Source: Hyphochytrium catenoides
Taxonomy: Eukaryota > Protista > Hyphochytriomycota
Reading direction: 5' to 3'
NCBI GenBank assembly: GCA_900088475.1
Contig: FLMG01001141.1
Coordinates: forward strand, 1 to 48,124
DNA length: 48,124 bases
Below, piece after piece: positions 33,968 to 46,122 of the stretch. Within the stretch, counting starts at the first letter, position 1; each line of letters opens with the position of its first letter. The notes beneath the pieces are model-generated. The model was not told where the DNA came from. It did not search any database and saw nothing but the letters and a program-made list of their open reading frames with translations. The translations under genes were made by a program, and so were the position numbers.

Positions 33968-34334
33968 ATGTAACGCCTCCCAGGACGGCCGAAGACAACT
34001 TCACAACAATTTTGACATTACCTGTGTATAATGAAAATCAACTGTAAATTACATACTGTTATCCAGATTGCTCGTTCGAGTCCTTCCCCTCTATTTATTA
34101 TTCACATTGGTTGTCCACAATATGTCCGTTATGTGAAGAATGATGGTGTGTTTGGCAGTGATGAAGAGACATGCTCCACACTTCTGTTGCTGCTGTTGCT
34201 GCTGCCGCTAAGTAGAGGGAGAGCCGTGGACAGACAGGGATTTAAGAAGAGGAGCTGGAATTGAAGATGAAGAGAATGTAGGGAGGGAGATAGTTCTAAA
34301 AGGAGGTGAGATGCTGTCGAGACCATGAAGACGA

Positions 34335-34363
34335 GAGAAGAGAGAGAGAGCGAGGGGAGAGAG

Positions 34364-34410
<47 letters not shown>
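34335..34410. repeat. (GA)n microsatellite
   Basis: Long, near-perfect GA run. Confidence 0.95.
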
Positions 34411-34412
<2 letters not shown>

Positions 34413-35395
34413 GGAGAAACAAGGAGGACCAAGAACATGAGCCACGAGAGGGATGAGCGAGCCTGTCTCCTATAGAGGAAGGATAGAAGTAGGTCATGTG
34501 ACACAAAGGTGACAGGAGACACGCAGGAACTGTGTCTCCTTTCTCTCCGCCTCGTGTCAGAGGCAGACCAGCGCGAGGAGGAGCCATGACGAAGAACCAC
34601 CAACCAGCAGGCCATGATGATGATGAAGGCAGAGAGGGCTGGAAGAAGAGGGAGGAAGTGGGCGGAGGGTTGACCCGCCCGTGTAACTTAACCATTGAAT
34701 CTACTATGCTGCTGTTAGCTTTCTTCCCTCTGTCTCACGCTCATCATATCCTCCTCTCTCACCCTCCTCTTTCTCGATTCTCTATTCCCCCGTTCCTGCT
34801 GCTCTCGCTCATCCTCTTGTTCTTCTTCGGTCCTTCCCTTCCACATCAGTGCCGCCACCCAGCCCAAGGAGAGCGCACTGGCTGTTCAAGTTGTCGATGG
34901 GGTGAGAGAGAAGTAGACAGGGGAAAAGAAAAGGTGCTGTGCTGGTTGCAAGGCAAGCGACGGGTAAAAAAAGATAAGAGACACTGGCGAGCGAGATACA
35001 CCACGCCGCGCCGACGCCGCCACCGCCGTCGTCAGATCAAGAAAGGGAGAGGACATAGGGAATTGCAATCACAAAACTCCTGCTGCTGCCGCTCCCGCAG
35101 GCGCACAACAGGCGACTCTTTCTTTCTGTTCGGAGCCATTGCGTTACGTTTTCTTTATTTTGTTGAGCTTTGTCCATCCGGTGGGAAACGTTGCTGTCTC
35201 TCGCCTCAATCTCTTCCTGATGAAAGCTTTGAACTGCAGCTTGTGAAGGTCTCCTGCTTGCCTTCCTGGAGCTGTCCCTTCAGAAAGGGCGCCTTTTGGC
35301 AGCGCTAATCTCTGTCCCTGGGTTGCCCCATTTGGTCAACCGCTAGAGTTATACTAAAAGAAGAAGGGCCTCTTGCTCAAAGTCACGCATATCAG

Positions 35396-37153
35396 ATGGC
35401 ATGCTTAGGCGGACAAATGAGCGGTAGAGAATTGTTGCCCTTATCAACGCCAAAGAAGAGGGAGCAGGACTCCAAGCCACGGACACGACGCCCTTCCTTT
35501 TCCTCTCTTTGCTTCCTGATACTCCTGGCTTTCAATTGCCTCCTTCACTTAGGTCTAGGAGAGTTAAGGCCTGACAATTATGACATTGTGATGGACAAAC
35601 AGCAGCGTTATGCAGCGCAACCTAAGAAGGATGGTGCACTACTGCAGGAGGCTGAGAGGGACGTCGCACTGGGGAGCAAACGATCGCTGATATCTTCCTT
35701 ACCGTCCTTTCGGTTAAGAAGAATGCAGCAGGCGCGTCTTCCTCCTCTTCCTCCAAAACGAGCGACCCCAACACCAGCAACTAACGGTTTGGGCTTTGAC
35801 TGTCTCGATCTGGCAAACATTGCCAACCCTCTTGGTCTCTCTTGTGAGGACCTTCTGAGGCTCTTTCCTACCACTTCCGGTCCGATTAGAGTCCCGGCAA
35901 CACCATCGGCTATCCCTTTCCCTACAGCCAGCCCGACGCTCTCACCCGTGCCTTTCCCTGCCCCTACTCGGGCTAGAGACCAAGATCCTGGAGCTGTTGG
36001 TGCGAAGGGTAACTCGGACTCAGCTACTTCATCACCGCAGGCAGAGGGAGTTGGCGCATGGAGATCTACCTTATCGCCATCCCCACCAGCAACAGACCAT
36101 CAGATGGGAGCCCAGGGAGGGAATGCTCCTGTTCCACTTCCTGCTGAGAAAGATGACGCAGGCCCGAACGGACGTCCAACAGACGGAGCAGAAGGGGCAG
36201 GAAGTGATGGGGCACCAAACGGGCTCAATGGGAACTCAGATGACGGCAACCCTACAACTTCCGCGCTGTTCTACATTCTGCTTATCGTCTCTCTTACGGT
36301 CTCTGTGGGTCTTCTTGCCATGATGATGGTACTCTATTCGCGGAAGAGAGCCCGGAAGAGGGCGCAAATGATGGAGATTGTTGCCCAGTACCACAGTAGC
36401 CACGACAGAGAGGAGCAGGGAGGGAGAAGCTTCATGAGGGTTAGACATCCGGACACCACGGAAGATGGGGGCCGCTTGGGAACCAGCCTCTCTATGCTGA
36501 ACTCTGTCCGCGGACCCCTGTCACGAAGTCCGTCGGTGCCTTTCCAGGCTTATCGGGAGGTGAATGGCAGAATGTCTGTCACACCATCCTCCGGTGTGTT
36601 TCTCTTCTCTCCCACCGCTGGCGAGGATGTCAACCTCAGAGGGTTTAGACGGGAGAAATTGACTAAGAAGGAGCGAAGGGCAGAAAAGAAGCGAAGGCGA
36701 AAGGAGAGGAGAGAAAGAAGGGAGCGGAGAGAGAAGAAGAGGGTAGAGGATGAGCCTCCCTCCCCTCCAGAGCCTTATGCCATGCCAGTGCCCTTCCTAA
36801 TAGCTCCAGAGACTGTCGAGACTCCTGCTGAGGAGAGGACTCCTATTGACCAGGGAACTATTGGTAACGAGACTGCGCATGCTGAGGAGAGGCTCTCTGC
36901 GCAGGAGAGCGCTCCCTCTACGAACGAGAGGACCACGGCTAATGAAGACACGGTAGCTCACCCTCCCGTTCCTGGGGCCAGCACTGGCACAGGCAGAATG
37001 GCCACCACAAGGAGATCTCTTCCTCTCCTTTCTACTCGGGGCGGCCTCCTACCATCTTCGGTGCAAGGACCTCAAGAGGGCGAGAACGGCCGTCGGCCCG
37101 GCCTGGGAGGCCGAGCGTCTATTGCGTCCACGACCTCCTCGTTTGTTCTCTAA
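35396..37153 (+). CDS. Uncharacterised single-pass membrane protein with Pro/Thr/Gly-rich ectodomain and long disordered tail (585 aa, intronless)
   Basis: N-terminal hydrophobic stretch FSSLCFLILLAFNCLLHLGLG, PATP/PTASPT stalk, TM ALFYILLIVSLTVSVGLLAMMMVLY followed by the basic stop-transfer SRKRARKR, and a K/R/E-rich tract in the tail. Confidence 0.7.
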   Translation: MACLGGQMSGRELLPLSTPKKREQDSKPRTRRPSFSSLCFLILLAFNCLLHLGLGELRPDNYDIVMDKQQRYAAQPKKDGALLQEAERDVALGSKRSLISSLPSFRLRRMQQARLPPLPPKRATPTPATNGLGFDCLDLANIANPLGLSCEDLLRLFPTTSGPIRVPATPSAIPFPTASPTLSPVPFPAPTRARDQDPGAVGAKGNSDSATSSPQAEGVGAWRSTLSPSPPATDHQMGAQGGNAPVPLPAEKDDAGPNGRPTDGAEGAGSDGAPNGLNGNSDDGNPTTSALFYILLIVSLTVSVGLLAMMMVLYSRKRARKRAQMMEIVAQYHSSHDREEQGGRSFMRVRHPDTTEDGGRLGTSLSMLNSVRGPLSRSPSVPFQAYREVNGRMSVTPSSGVFLFSPTAGEDVNLRGFRREKLTKKERRAEKKRRRKERRERRERREKKRVEDEPPSPPEPYAMPVPFLIAPETVETPAEERTPIDQGTIGNETAHAEERLSAQESAPSTNERTTANEDTVAHPPVPGASTGTGRMATTRRSLPLLSTRGGLLPSSVQGPQEGENGRRPGLGGRASIASTTSSFVL

Positions 37154-37669
37154 AGACCCTGACCCCCTCCATCTTCTACGATCCTTCTCCAATCTTCTCT
37201 CTCTTCGTCTCCCTCATTATTCCTTTTACAAAGGGGACCCATACCTCTCTCCTTCTTCTTCAGCTCTCTAGGGCATAGAGGGCACACCATGGAAGAGAAA
37301 GAGCGAAACTATCCGATCCTTCTTTGCAATGTCTAGACCCTACCACGCCTTTTATTAGAAGTAAGGTCATAACAGTAACTTTCGCGTCGCTTTTCGTCGC
37401 CGGTCCCAGGTTCCATCCCGCTTTACCTCTTCTTCTTCTCTTTCTCTCTCCTCTCTCTCTCTCTTTCTCTCTTATCCTTCGGCCAGCGCCTCGTCTACTC
37501 CTCTGCTCTTCTCCTTGGACTATGAAGACCGTATGAGCTTGAAGAGCCAAAGAAAGGCTCAACTCGAGGCGAAGATGAAGAGGCAAAGATGGAGGCGGGC
37601 AGGGGAGTGGAAATGGGCGGAGGCTTCACATCTCATACAGATGAGGAATGAGATAGTAGCGATGTGCGC

Positions 37670-37674
<5 letters not shown>

Positions 37675-37703
<29 letters not shown>

Positions 37704-38154
37704 NNNNNNNNNNNNNNNNNNNNNNNNNNNNNNNNGAGAGAGAGAGAGGAAGAGAGAGGAAGAGAGAGGAAAAGAGAGAGAGAGAGACAGAGAGAGGAAG
37801 AGAGAGGAAAAGATAGAGAGAAAGAGAGAGAGAGAGAGAGGAGAGAAGAAAGAACCTCTTATTACAAGAGGGGTAGTGAGCTCCTCAAGTACAAAGAAGA
37901 GGAAGCATCAACTCACGCCCTTCACACTTTCACACAGAGTTGTCTTCCGTTAATTGTCGCCACCAAGAAAATCCATGGTTTTTTCCTATCTACTAAGAGT
38001 TACGTTTCCTGGAAGATGGCGGACGTGTGCCTTTTCATAGGCGCTCAACCTACTTTCGTCGCTATTATGATATGACCAGGACCGCTTTTCTCCTCCGGCA
38101 TCCTTTCGCCTGTAACATCTCTCTCTCTCTCTCTCTCTCTCGCTCTCGCTCTCG

Positions 38155-38205
<51 letters not shown>

Positions 38206-38210
38206 TCTCC
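37675..38210. repeat. (GA)n tract with assembly gap (N 37704-37735) and (CT)n/(CTCTCG)n tract at 38118-38210, upstream of the sirtuin
   Basis: Directly visible simple repeats. Confidence 0.95.
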
Positions 38211-38618
38211 TCCTAGTTCTACAGTGTCTGTCGCTGGCTCGCTCTTCCTCTCTGCTCTTCCTCTCGCTTCTCTCTGGCGCCATGATCTAACGCCAGGCCT
38301 TGTCACTCTCGGTTGATGTTTTGCATGCTCCCTCACGTCCTCCTCCTGCGCCTCAAGGTTCTGAGCCTGACAGCCTGAGGCTCAAGACTTGTTAGCGTTG
38401 TCGCAGGAGTTGGCTTGATAAGTTGCGCCACCTTCCGTTTGTCCTGCTTGACCCACTCTCTCATCTTTCCCACCTACCCTCGTTTCTTCTGTCGCTCAAC
38501 TCTTCAGTTGAGTCTCTCTTGCGGTTCATCTTTTGATCATAGTGCACTGTGCCTGGCGCCTCGATTCTCTGGGCAGAGCTCGATTTAAGGTGGAAATCAA
38601 GGTGAAAAGAAGTGCGCC

Positions 38619-41600
38619 ATGGAAGAGCAGGAGGCGCCCGGGCAGCGAAGGAGGAGCTCTAGAGCCGCAAGACAAAAAGTTCAGGACTGGCAAGAGTTCT
38701 TCGCGCTGGAAGGCGGAGATGCTGACGAAGAGACGCGAGAAGGCCGGAGAAAAAAGCGTACGAGACGTCTCAAGAATCATAGTCTCCTCTCCTTCTTGCT
38801 CCTCGCTCCCTTCTTCACTTTTCTCTCTCGTTTGCCTGCAACAACTTTCTCTCTTCTCCCCTCTCGCCGTCCCACCAAACGCTCGCTTCCTTGGAAGTCT
38901 TCCTTTTCATGGGACGCTCTCAAACAGGTCGTCGGGTCAAGAAAATAGAGGATAGAGCAATCGAGACACAGAGCGAAAGGGAAAGAGCTACCCCGCCTCC
39001 TCGGCCGGCCCCAAAGACGCCCAGAGCGCGGCTCGCTGACTTTTCTAAGCTGGAAGATCTGCTTCAGCTGCTTCAAACGGCAAAGAACATAGTAGTTCTC
39101 GCGGGCGCAGGTAGCGAAGCTCACCTTGTTCTCTCTTCTTATTGCTGATCTTTCCTCTAGATTGGGCGTTGCTAGTCCTTCCCTTTAGCCAAGCCGGGAT
39201 TACTCTGCTATCTGCCCGCCACCTTGCGTCTGTTCATCTTTTCTTCCAGTCTCTCTTTCTGCGGTTGGTTCATTAGCTCTCATAGTTCGACGGGCCTAGC
39301 CTACGGCCTGCCGTCATCCCTTATCTGACATAACAGCCTAACTCTTAGGCATAAGCGTCGCTTGTGGCATTCCGGACTTCCGTTCAGAGGTGAATTGGAT
39401 CCCCTTCTATCTTTAGGATATGAGATCTTGTCCTAGCTCTGCTGCAAAGGTCTCTTCATTAACCGTCTTAAAGCCATCACTCTGGCCCTTACTCTCTCAA
39501 CATCGGATGTTTCGAACGTCGCTTGGTGTCCTCCGCCCGCATTCGCCGCCACTGACGTTCAGTTCTCTGCAGAACGGAGTCTACGCTTTAGTGAAGAGTA
39601 TGGCTTTGGATGTAAGACACTGAGCAACCTCTCTCCCTCGATCATTCTTCGATCTGCACTTAGAAGAGAACTTCCTGACCATCAGCTGTTTTTTGTTCAA
39701 TAGATCCCTTCGTCGGCTGCGTCCCTGTCTGATCTCCTACAATCCCTGCGTCTCTGCTACAAGCTCTGGATGTTTCAAACTTTCCAGTTCTTAGTTGCGT
39801 TACTCTTTACCTCCGTCCTGTCCTAGCTACCCAGCCCAGAAAGCCTCTTTGACATCGACTACTTCCGATACGATCCTAAGCCTTTCTTCCAGTTCGCGAA
39901 AAGGATGCTCCCAGGTCACTCTATAGTTCTCTCTTCCAAACCTCTGCCTCCTGTGTCTTAGATCCTACATTCTCTGCTCTCAAATATTTTGGTCGCCTAC
40001 ACTCTGTGGCTATTGCTCCGATCCCTTTTCTAAACCTCGTCACATGTGATGGAGCCTCCTATCATATGCCACAGATCGCTCCATCCTCTACTGTCGGTTT
40101 GCTATGCTGATCTTCAGTGTTTCTCTAACCTACCTTCTACTTCTATGGCTGATTTTCCTCGACAGGAAGCCATCGGCCTAGCTTGACACATCGGCTTCTG
40201 AAGCTCTTACACGACAAAAGAAGGCTACGCCGTATCTACACCCAGAACATCGATGGGCTAGAACAGGTGGGAGGGTTACTCCCATTCCCTCCTTTGTCCT
40301 TTTCCTTCATCACTGTTCTCTGTTTGCCTAGAGTTTATATGGCTTCTTTAGCGCTCTTCTACTTGCCGTGATGACGTTTATCATTCTCCTTTCTTCGAGT
40401 AGATGGCAGGACTCCCTTCAAACGTTGTTACGTACTGTCATGGCACTGTGTGGAGTGCTACCTGCCTTCGCTGCAGGTAGATACAAGTGACGCAGACTGC
40501 CTGCTTTCTCTTAAAGGATTGTGCTGCTATTTTTAGATCTTTTTGTTAAACCTTTTCTTTGGCGCTCCCTTGCGTCCTCAGTCTCGCCTTGTGCTTATCC
40601 GGAGTCTACTGACTTGCTCTTGGTTCTTTGGCGTCGTTTAGGTCTCAGGTGGGCATCCAGGAGGTCGCTCCTGCGATAAGAGAGGGAAAGGTGCCGCTAT
40701 GCACCGAGGGTAGCTGTAGTGGAGGTATTCTAAAGCCCGATATCACTTTCTTTGGTGAGAAGTTACCCGCTGCCATCAGCGCCAACATTACAAAGGACGC
40801 TACGAAGGTCTCTTTCTTACTTACCAAGCTTAAGCCAATCACTCAATCTTCTTTAAGGTTCACCGCTGTTAACGACAGTCCTCGCCCTTTCTTTCCATGC
40901 TTTCGCCCTCCCTGCGCTTTCCCTTTCTCGGCCACTAAGGTCTCTCGTCTGCTGCTTCTTGGGTGTTTTATCCGTCCTTCTGAGATTGTGTCTGCTTCCT
41001 TACAGGTGGACCTGTTACTCGTCATCGGCACCTCACTGAAAGTAGCGCCAATGTCACAGTTGCCTAGTTACTTGCCATTGAACATACCACAAGTGCTCAT
41101 CAACCGGTACGGGGACAACCGAAAGGACTGCAAACAGGGGAGACTACTAGATAAAAACGCGAGAGCTGTGGTCCTTCGAGCCTATAGATATTGACATCAA
41201 CCTCTCCCTTGCGCTAGCGAGAGAATTGAGCTGCGGAAGTCAGCTTCAGAAGGATTCGACTTGGAGCTGCTAGGTGACGCGGACGCAGTAACCGACTATC
41301 TTTGTCGGCAGCTGGGCTGGCGTATGGGGACAAACGAGACCAAGCAGAATAGTGACTTCCAGGCATGAAAGCCCAGCTCTGTTGCCCTAGCTGCCTTCCC
41401 ATACAGTCCGTCATCATATTTATTTGTGGTACTTTCTATCTCGTCAACCTGCCTCTAAATGCCGCCTTTCATCTCATTTGGGCCACCGCGTATCTCGCAC
41501 TATCCAATGTCGACGGTACAATCTCACCTTAATTCTCTCCTCGTATTTCAAGGAACCTCGCGAGGTTCATCCGCGGTGTTATCTATTCCAAGGAGGGATA

Positions 41601-42160
41601 GTCCCTCCAACGGCAATAGCGAGGGAGGAGACGAAGGACGAAGACGGAGGCCCTATTATATGGTAAAGACCTATATCGCTTGCGATCCCGTTCCCCCTTG
41701 TCGGTTCTGCTGTTCTTATGCTCTTTTACTGCGCCTGAGCGCTTCCATTGCTGCGTGTTCGCTAATCTGACTCCTGCCTCCCTCACGCGTGGGTCTTTAT
41801 CTCTCACCTCTCGCCATTCCCTACTTATAGCGACGGCTGTGACTCCAAAGTTCAAGCGCCCTCAACCTATTATCACTGCAGGTTAGGCAGACCTCTAAGG
41901 CACCTTAGTCTGCCAGTTCCCAGCCTTCATCGAATCTACCATAGCATCTCCTTTTCATGGCTGGCACTGTCGCCGCTGTACTCGCTCCATCATCAATATC
42001 TCTTCTCTCTTCTGTGAGCTTTTTGGTACCCCTAACCTCACCACAATTTTCTTTCCTGCATAGAATGTGCTTCGACTTCGACCTCTGTGAACGCTGCTAT
42101 GCACAGAAGTCACGAGACCACGGTCACGAGTTCATCAAGCTTCCTGCGACAGAAGATTGA
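38619..42160 (+). CDS. SIR2: Class I (SIRT1/Sir2-like) NAD-dependent deacetylase with C-terminal ZZ-type zinc finger, 13 exons
   Basis: Spliced motifs: KNIVVLAGA|[14 protein letters not shown]|[93 protein letters not shown], then IICDGC...[17 protein letters not shown]...HGHEF. Stop TGA at 42158-42160. Confidence 0.95.
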
Positions 42161-42535
42161 GCTACTTAAGGCCCTTTTGCCATTCTCCATTATTGTTGTA
42201 CTTTCCTTAGATTCCCCCTCCTTTCCCTGTCCAAAAGGGTAGCCCTCTAAATCTGATCCTGGGTTTGAGGAGGAGAAGAGGAAGTGCTAAATGGGCTGCT
42301 CTAACCTCTATTAGAGCTTACTAGAACCTTCACCCATGTAACACTACGGAAGCATCTATTATGACTAGAGCACACAACCCTGAACTGCCTCCATTCCGTG
42401 TCGTGGATGAGTGGAGGGCCATGTCTGGTCTAAAAGTACAGGAGGGTTCCAATCCCGACTGTAGAAGTTGGCATCGATTCTCGCAAACCTACCTGTATGT
42501 ATCGATGGGATCAAGAACTACAAGCGTAGTCTAGC

Positions 42536-42615
42536 NNNNNNNNNNNNNNNNNNNNNNNNNNNNNNNNNNNNNNNNNNNNNNNNNNNNNNNNNNNNNNNNN
42601 NNNNNNNNNNNNNNN
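42536..42615. other. Assembly gap (80 N)
   Basis: N run. Confidence 1.
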
Positions 42616-43694
42616 TACTGGGCCTCAGAAGTCACGGATTGTACATTAGAGCAGCGGAAGCGGCGGCTATAAGTAGCTCCTGTTTGTTGCTGCAGAGAAA
42701 GAAACAGGATGCGTTCTGTCCCTCTCCCCTGTCTCTCTCCCTTATTCTCCCTAACGGCTGGAGCTTGCCTGGTCCTACTCCATCCTCAAGGTCATTAGCA
42801 TCCCGTTGGAGAAGGTGTGTTGCCCGGGGAGAAGAAACTGAGCTCTACGTCCGGGCTAATAAGCATGATAGGCATCTCATGGACTCTAAAGAATAATCAG
42901 TGTGACAGCTAATCATTGCCTGTTTCTCTGTTTGGCTGGTCTTACGATTGACTGATGATGCTGTGTGATGAGTGATGCGCAGCTGTCTTTCTCCTTTCCC
43001 CGAGGCGCCAGCACCCCTTGCCCTTCCGCCACCTTCATTACTGTTTTATCGGTTACCAAGATTGATAACTGCGACTTTAGTATTTTCATGATAACTACAT
43101 AGCTTCATGTTGAAGACTTTGAAGTGGACCTTCTGAAAAGATACAAGAAAGGCAAGGGTCTTTGAGATAAAACTGAATAGACAGAGTAGGCCTTTCATAG
43201 ACATACAGTAGACTCACCCAGCACGAGACAGAGAGCTCATTCTACAGACAGAGCACGTTTGCCCATTCCTTCAATTCTCTCCTTCGAAAGCGAAAGAGAG
43301 ATACTCCAAAGAAGTGCTGGTAGAGGCAGGAAAGCTCTACAATCGGATATGTCCGTTCATACTCTGTCACTTCGCCCAATCTTATGCCGCTTGGCATTAA
43401 ATCACCACAGCAAGAATAGGCCTTCACTTGCCCCTCTCCCTAAAACAGCGCCGCCCACAAGATCATTGCCACCGAAGCAGCAGATCTTGCACTCATTGCC
43501 CCAGGAACGACAGAGGAAGCCAAGGTCTCGAGCTCAAGAGATGATGAGCAAGGCGCAGCAAGAGCCAAGAGCTCATTCTTCATCTTTCCCAGAGCAGTTA
43601 GAGCATCTGACATTGTTCATAGGCAGCGCGCAGGTGCAGAGAGACTGAGGACTGACCAAAGACAAACAGAAAAGGCGATAGCGAGAAGACCTCA

Positions 43695-45789
43695 ATGGCG
43701 TCAAACGGCGGCGGACAGAGCCCAAAGAAGATGGCACCCAGCTCTCCCAGCAAAGTGGCTCCAAACTCTCCCACAACCACAAAGAGAAAGGCAGGCGAAG
43801 CCGCTGGGACAGATGATCTCCTCTCTCCACGCACGACGCTTGTAAACCAGGATAAGATGAAGAAAGACCTTCTTCAGACCTATAAGAATCTGCACATCTC
43901 CACTCACCCCTTGCTGTCCCACAAGCTTACGATTCTCAGAGACAAGAACACGACTTCGAAAGAGTTCCGTGCGGTTTTGCAGGACGTCACCTTCTATCTC
44001 GGGTAAGAACAGGGCTCCTGCCTTCAGACCAAAGACTTAATGACGATTAAGACGAAGGGTTAGATGTAAAAGAGAGATTAGAGAAGTTGGATGCGTTGGT
44101 GAGACAGAAGGGAAGAGGGGGAAGGAATCGTAAAGGGCGGCCTCTGCGATGTTAAGCCTGCTTTCCGGACGCCATCCATCTCATTGTGCACAAACCTCGT
44201 ATCTTCTATGTCTTAATAGCTATGAGGCCACTGCCGATCTGAAGCTTGTTCCGAAGGATATCCAGGTAAACAGGCCAGCTAGGTGATACATAGCGAACAG
44301 CGCGAGGCAAATGGGGCAAAAGAATGTGAATTAGCTAAACACGGCAAAGGCTCAGCAAAGGAACACGGAAGCTATCGTACGGAGAATAGGCTAACCGCTC
44401 TGTCCACCTCTGCAGACTCCTCTATGTGGGTTCAAAGGCAAAGAAGTCTCTCAGACTGTGGCGCTGGTGCCCATTCTTCGCGCGGGTCTTGGGATGGTGG
44501 ATTCCATGCTTGATCTGGTGCCAAAAGCGGTGGTGTACCATATCGGTAAGGATATAAGGTCTCAAACCTTCAGCAGATGTTCGTCAGACTTGAGTGGCCT
44601 TATGTTTCTCCTTATCTCTTCTGTCCACAATGCTTTCTATGTCCCCTGAGGGCCTTTCTCCGTCTCCTGATCTTCACTAATGTTTGCTGCTTCTGGGGAT
44701 AAGCCTCTGATGATGTGTCTATGTAGGCATCTACCGCCACAAGAACTCTCTCCTCCCTATCGAGTATTATAAGAGGCTTCCTAAGACTTGTGACTGTGAC
44801 ATTGCTGTCGTCCTGGAGCCCATGATTGCGACGGGTACGCGGCCTTAGTTATCCCTTCTAGAAATGCTACGTTTCCCTCCTCCCCTTCTTAGCCTGGCTG
44901 AAGGGCATTTTGGCCATGCAACATCGGGCTTGTGTCTGTTCAGCGATCTATTCTCCCTCCTTCAATTATGCCTCTTCGCTCTTTATGCACTCTTATAGCT
45001 CATCTCATTCTCTTTCCAACCACCCAGCTGGCACCGTCAACGCCGTCGTCTCAACTCTTAAGACCTGGGGCGTGAAGAAGATCAAAGTCCTTACCGTGCT
45101 TGCGTCCGAGGAAGGCACGTAACGCTCACGCTCTAGCCACTCTTTGACGCTCTTGTTTACCTCTTCTGTCTGTTACTCTCATTCGCCACTTATCTACCGT
45201 GGGGTGGTGTAGTGCCACACGATGGCTGTTGGGCCGCCGTATGGAGCCTAATCCAATCCTTCACCACTCCCTGGTACCTTTGCCTCCCTTCTATTATGCG
45301 GTTAACGCTCCTGACGCTCCTTCTCTTCATTATCAACGTCAATGTGGCTTCCACAGGCATTACGCGCTTCTGTCAGGACCATCCCGATGTCGAGGTTCAG
45401 GTCGGCGACGTCGATAAAGCTCTATCAGAGGTATATTTTTGCCACAGTGAACTATTTGTCTGCTTATACCTACTTCCCTTTTTGGAGGTCTCTCTTCCAT
45501 TATCTTGCCGTCGTTTAAGTGCTGCGTAAACTTTCATGAACGACCACGCCGCATGTCTCTCTCTCCCTCTGCCGTCGGTGCTCAACTCTTAGCATAAGTC
45601 ACTTTCTTCTCCAGGCTCTTGGGATCCGTCCCCAGGTCCTCACTCATGCTTCCTCTTTGTCATCCATGCTTTGCCCCTCAGAGCGGCCATATCGTGCCTG
45701 GCTTAGGAGATGCTGGAGATCGCCAATTTCGCACGCACTATGTGGAGCTGCCTGATGAGTCGCAGGATAAGAAGCAGCGGACCCGCTAG
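43695..45789 (+). CDS. UPRT: Uracil phosphoribosyltransferase, 7 exons
   Basis: [19 protein letters not shown]...LG|[20 protein letters not shown]|GIYR, EYYKRLP, LEPMIAT|AGT, and last exon (45682-45789) [14 protein letters not shown]. Confidence 0.96.
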
Positions 45790-46122
45790 TCTCTTCTATA
45801 TCTTGGACTTCTGCCCTTGACACGCCAATTCTTATCTGCTCAAACCTTTCCTTATATTTCAGATTAGCACTCTCCTCCTCCTCTCCTGTTAGGCTAGTGT
45901 CGTTTAAACAGCTACGTGCTTTAGGTGTCAAGGTTAACGATATGCTAATAGCTCTTTAAAGTACCTCTACTGCTGCACGCTTAAGTGCTATACCTTCTGA
46001 TGTCAGTGCAAGCACTAGACCGCTCAGCTCTCACTATTAGCAGACCTCACATCCGTCAATGAGCAGCTTATCCACCTCATTGGTGCCTCTGTCTTGGGGA
46101 CAGAAATCGCTGTACCGATCCG

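Noticed and set aside
34129-35308. Long ORFs of 188, 135 and 258 aa
   Set aside because: Translations are dominated by GA/CT simple repeats with no motif. They are likely UTR/intergenic DNA upstream of the 585-aa gene.
37675-38210. (GA)n and (CT)n tracts as a functional hairpin or H-DNA switch for the sirtuin promoter
   Set aside because: Such tracts occur throughout the window and one spans an assembly gap, so there is no specific evidence.
42411-42462. tRNA/SINE-like A-box (TGGTCTAA) and B-box (GGTTCCAATCC)
   Set aside because: The boxes are too close for an anticodon arm, and no cloverleaf or acceptor stem can be formed.
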